Shown here: in pieces, positions 60,011 through 64,000 of the stretch
Position numbering within the stretch: the stretch's first letter is position 1
Layout of the letters: each line of letters begins with the position of its first letter
Assembly (NCBI RefSeq): GCF_041956535.1
Contig: NW_027192217.1
Location: 348,797 to 412,796, forward strand
Length of the DNA stretch: 64,000 nucleotides
Reading direction: 5' to 3'
Origin: Calcarisporiella thermophila CBS 279.70
Lineage: Eukaryota > Fungi > Calcarisporiellomycota
Program-made: the position numbers and the translations under genes
Notes under the pieces: generated by a model
The model's database searches: none
Seen by the model: only the letters and a program-made list of their open reading frames with translations
What the model was told of the DNA's origin: nothing

Positions 60011-60274
60011 TAAACATGTAATCGTTGCTAATAAACATAATGTATAACAAATGTAGCCCTCAATCGTGAAGTGTTGCTCTTGTAAAAATAAGGTTTACCC
60101 TATTTTCAGTGTAACACACTGTTATGGACCGTGGTGTACTTAACCAACGAGAATTGATTAGCGAGGGGATGATCTAAACTTTCAATCTAATCCTTATTTT
60201 TACAAGAGCAAATCTTTAAGATTGAGGGCTACATTTGCTATACATTATGTTTATTAGCAACGATTACGTGTTTA
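60011..60274. mobile_element. MITE/foldback element with ~83-bp terminal inverted repeats
   Basis: Arms 60011-60093 and 60192-60274 are near-perfect reverse complements; TA at both outer ends. Confidence 0.75.
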
Positions 60275-60315
60275 TTAAATATTACTACATTTATGACATT
60301 TCTCATATACTCTTA

Positions 60316-62470
60316 TTTTTTTTTTCGCACTTATATAAGGATGTCTTTTTGAATTGTCAATATCAACAATAATAGTTTTTCATATTTTTTTTAGGAGGAG
60401 GATATTTAATAAAGTATCCTTTAATAAAGATTGATAATCATCAAGAAATCCATACAAGAATAGGGGAGTACATTTTCCAAGTGGAAACGTGCAAGGGAAA
60501 ATTGTGTTTGTTACCAGCACTAGTGTAACAGTTCTGGGGACTGTCAGATATCCTTATTCTTATAGAATAGAATTCAGGAAAGAGGTGAGGGACAACAAAC
60601 AAAAGAGAGTGAATTTAAATAGAATCTCGGGAGTATCTAAGTGGAACATTAATACACCAATAAAAGGAAAGGTAATTAAATAGGTAAATAATGTAAATAA
60701 GAAAGTATTATAATTAATATTATAGTGTAAATTCGGTCGTGTTTCAAAGGAGGATTCGCTGTGTGAGAGCCTCGGCGAGTCGTTCGTCTAGGCGGAGTAG
60801 CTTTCTCCTCCATAGTAGGTGAAAATTGAGTTAATGTTCTCTGAATTCCCTCGAGTATCTGTCAGGGTTCCTTGCGACTAGGGCGTGCACCTCGGGTTTG
60901 ATCATCGGTTGGTAGATATTGTCTCTGTGCGGTTTGAAGAAATCTTCCAATTTCGCTAGCCCGAATTTTTCTGCCTTCCCTTTCACTGGTGCTCCTTCTA
61001 TAGTAAAATAGGAATTATTACTAATGAGGAGGGGGAGTACTTCATCTAGGGTGAATCTGTATCCTTTGGTTAAATCCAGTTTTCCACCTAAACTCTGCCA
61101 CACTCGTACGAGGTGTGGCCTCAAGCCGTCCTTCCTCATCAGCTTGTGCTGGGTGTAACGGGTGGCTAGGATGCCCATTCCCAGCGCGTTGGGAGTGTAG
61201 TGTTTTTCTAGTGTGCAGATTGCTAGGCTTGCCCAGGGTTGTCTGTAAGACGAGGTTGTGGCAAAATGTTGGAACCACGAGGCTAAGATTGCGTCGACTT
61301 GATGTTTGGGGTTGATGAGGCTTAATCCAAATCCTTATGGCTGCTGCATTGTACTCAGGGCGATTTGCGGGCGTTTTTTATCCCATAGGAAATCTTTAAC
61401 GATTGTGTCCAACTGTTTCAAGAATTTGGCTGGAGGGGGGATCAATTTTGCCGTGTACCATAGTTTGGATAACAGTTTCGAGTTGATCAAAAGAGCTTTT
61501 CCTTTCAAGGAGAGAGCTCTTAATCTCCACGTTTTGACTGTTTTCCACAGTTTGATGAGCAGCTCTTCAAAATATTCATCGCCTGGGAAGATCTTTTTGG
61601 TGTTGAACGGTATTCCAAGAAGAGTGAATGTCCTTTCTTCATGGGTGAAGTCACATGGTGGCGAAAGGGTTGCTCTGGCTGTCGCCGAAAGAGGGACGGC
61701 TTCTGACTTGTGATAATTGATTTTGGAGTTAGAGGCTCTCTGGAAATCGGTGAGTGTCTTCGAGAGGGTGTCTGTGTCTTTCATGTTTTACTACCGCAAC
61801 TGTAATATCATCCGCGAAGGATGTGGTGACGATTATTGATTCCAGTAAAGTTCGCTCTTAATTTTATCAGAAGGGGTTCTATGGCAATGTTATAGAGCAG
61901 GGGTGATAGAGGGTCGCCCTGATGTACCCCTTGATTGACAGGAAAGGGTAGGGTGATGTGATTGTTAATGATGACTGCCGCTGTATTTTATTTGTATATG
62001 GATGCAATTAGACGTGTAAACTTCACCCCGAACCTGAAGGCTCTAAGACATCCCATGAACCATCCTCGGTCTATCCTATCATACGCTTTTTCGTTGTCCA
62101 GAAGAATGAGGGCCCCGTTTAATTCCTCTATCTTTGCGAGGTTGAGTATCTAGTTGATGGTCATGGTGTTTTCAGATATATTCCTCCCTCTGCTAAAGCC
62201 AGATTGTGATGAGTTAATAATGGTTTTCATCGCCGGCTGGATCCTGAAAGCTATTATTTTTGTCATGAGCTTTGCGTCGCAATTTATTAGGCTGATAGGT
62301 CACTAGTTCTTTAGATCTTTAGGGTCGCCTTTCTTTTTGTATATGAGTGTTAGTAGCATGTATTTTCCTAGAGCTTCGTTTTGACCGGAGAGGATTGCGT
62401 TGAATACTTTCGTTAGGAATGGCGTCAGTATGTGGCTAAAAGTTTGGAGAAATTCGAAAGATAGGCCAGG
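60316..62470 (-). mobile_element. Decayed L1/Tx1-type LINE RT (family A-related)
   Basis: PISLINCDAK, QSGF, LLDNEKAYDR, QGDPLSPLLY, FADD, INYHKS, LSLKGKALLINS with stops and frameshifts; region after RT aligns with 12124-12600; 3' boundary tentative. Confidence 0.85.
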
Positions 62471-62521
62471 AGCATTACCTGGGTGATTTTGACGTAGAAG
62501 TTCCCCCACGCTCTCGGAATA

Positions 62522-64000
62522 TTTTTTTTTGATCAAAAGTGAGCCTTTATTGTTTAATAAGACCCTAAAATACAATCGTTACATTATTAAAAGTAATAAA
62601 ATGAGATAAAAGCTAGAAATTAACGCGATATTACAATTCGGGGTAAGTTGATCTTGACAAATTTTCTCCTCAAATGGGTAGATGAGAAATAAAACTCAAC
62701 TAGCAGTGGGTAATAGGGAATGACTTGATAGGTGATATGGAGAGGGAGATATGCAGAAAGAGAAGGGCTAGTAGTAGGGGCTACTGCGTCAGTCCAGTTC
62801 TAGAGCCGCTCTATTAGCTCCTTCTTTCACCGCGCTCATTTTACACCACCTGCTTCGTAACTGTTCAATTCGACGCTTTTTTCGGGCTCTTGTTAATTCG
62901 GCTCCTATAGCCTCCTCAATATCCAGATTGGCCCGATTGATAATGGTTTCGGATGAGGCTCGAGTGTTTTCAAAATGAAAGGCGATTCGGTCCCGATGGA
63001 TTTGCCATAATACCGAATCGAAGACGATTTGAGCCGCGTGTCTTACTGTCCTCGGGGCTTCTGGAAGGTCGCCAAGTACGAGATTCCTTGGGTTCAGCAC
63101 CTGAGTGTTTAGGGGCCTAAGATGGTGTTGATACACCTCTCCGCCCAATGCCACACTGACGTGAGTTCGGGACATTCGAAGAAGGTGTGGCGGATGGTGT
63201 CCCTCGGAGCGTTACAGCGGGTACATTTCGGGTCATGACCAGGGAATGTCGAGTTTGTAATTACACGCTCTACGAGGATTCACCAGCATAGTGTGTGGTG
63301 TTTTGGGAGCGTTTGTATATCAAGATGATTGTCGCTCGTTTGGAGAATAGAAGTGGGGAGTTGGTTGTGAGAGCTTCATTAAAGAGTTCTAGGAGGAAAG
63401 GGGCCAGTTCATCTTCGAAAGCTCTATAGAACTCAGCTGTCAATCCATCGGGGCCAGGCGATTTGTTTCGCGGTGCTTTGCGGATCGCTCTTCTTACTTC
63501 CTCCTCTGTGGTCGGTCGGTCGAGGAGGGTTCGGTGTTCTGGCAATAGAGTGTTTTCAATGTGGCCTAGGAGTTCTTCTTGGTCCGCCGAGGATGTTGGG
63601 CCGGCGGAGTATAGTTCTGTGTAAAAGCGGTTTGTTAGTATGGCCATTTCACTTGGGTCCTCAGTATTTGCTCCGTCTGGCTTTTTGAGTGCCGTCATCG
63701 CGTTGACGGCTCGTCGACCCGCGATTCGGCGGTGGAAGTAGGCTGAGGATTTTTCCCCCGCGTCGGTCCACATTATTCTGGAGCGAATGCGGAGGGTCTC
63801 TGCTTTGCGATTTGTGTGAGTCGCGAGTTGATTACGGAGCTCGTCATTTTGAGAGCGTGATGCTTCCGTGTCTGGGATATTCCCTAGTTGGCGGAGGGCC
63901 CTATGTATGCGTGTCTCCTCTGCCCTGAATCGGCGTTGGCGTTGTGACGCGTATGCTGTTGTGAATTTTTGAAATAACCTTTTGGCCTTGTTCCAGAATT
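62522..64000 (-). mobile_element. Family B LINE with internal deletion of the RT core; runs off the window
   Basis: GEKSSAYF, KSPGPDGLTAEFY, then a jump at ~63310 to the zf-RVT end; 3' UTR and poly-A at 62522-62530. Confidence 0.9.

Overview
Eukaryotic, intron-containing fungal DNA; the gene content suggests an early-diverging (Mucoromycota-like) fungus, which is inference. It holds about 22 protein genes: bHLH, an unusual 7-domain PDI-like protein, RanBP9/10, JMJD5, DPBB, CutC, ZIP, DnaJC17, TPR, velvet, GATA-like/PHD, SDR-SCP2, RPL14, RPB3, HRI kinase, GH20, HhH-like and orphans. There are three tRNA genes (Gly-CCC, 2x Asp-GTC) and one assembly gap. The main signal is a retroelement community that appears to target RNA polymerase III genes. 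Two solo LTRs are stacked 15 bp upstream of tRNA-Gly (Ty3-like). L1/Tx1-type LINE fragments and two tRNA-derived SINE families are stacked at re-used target sites about 80-100 bp upstream of Pol III units, with their 5' ends facing the unit; one such unit is the head of a SINE. All calls are from reading the sequence by eye, so exon and relic boundaries are approximate.
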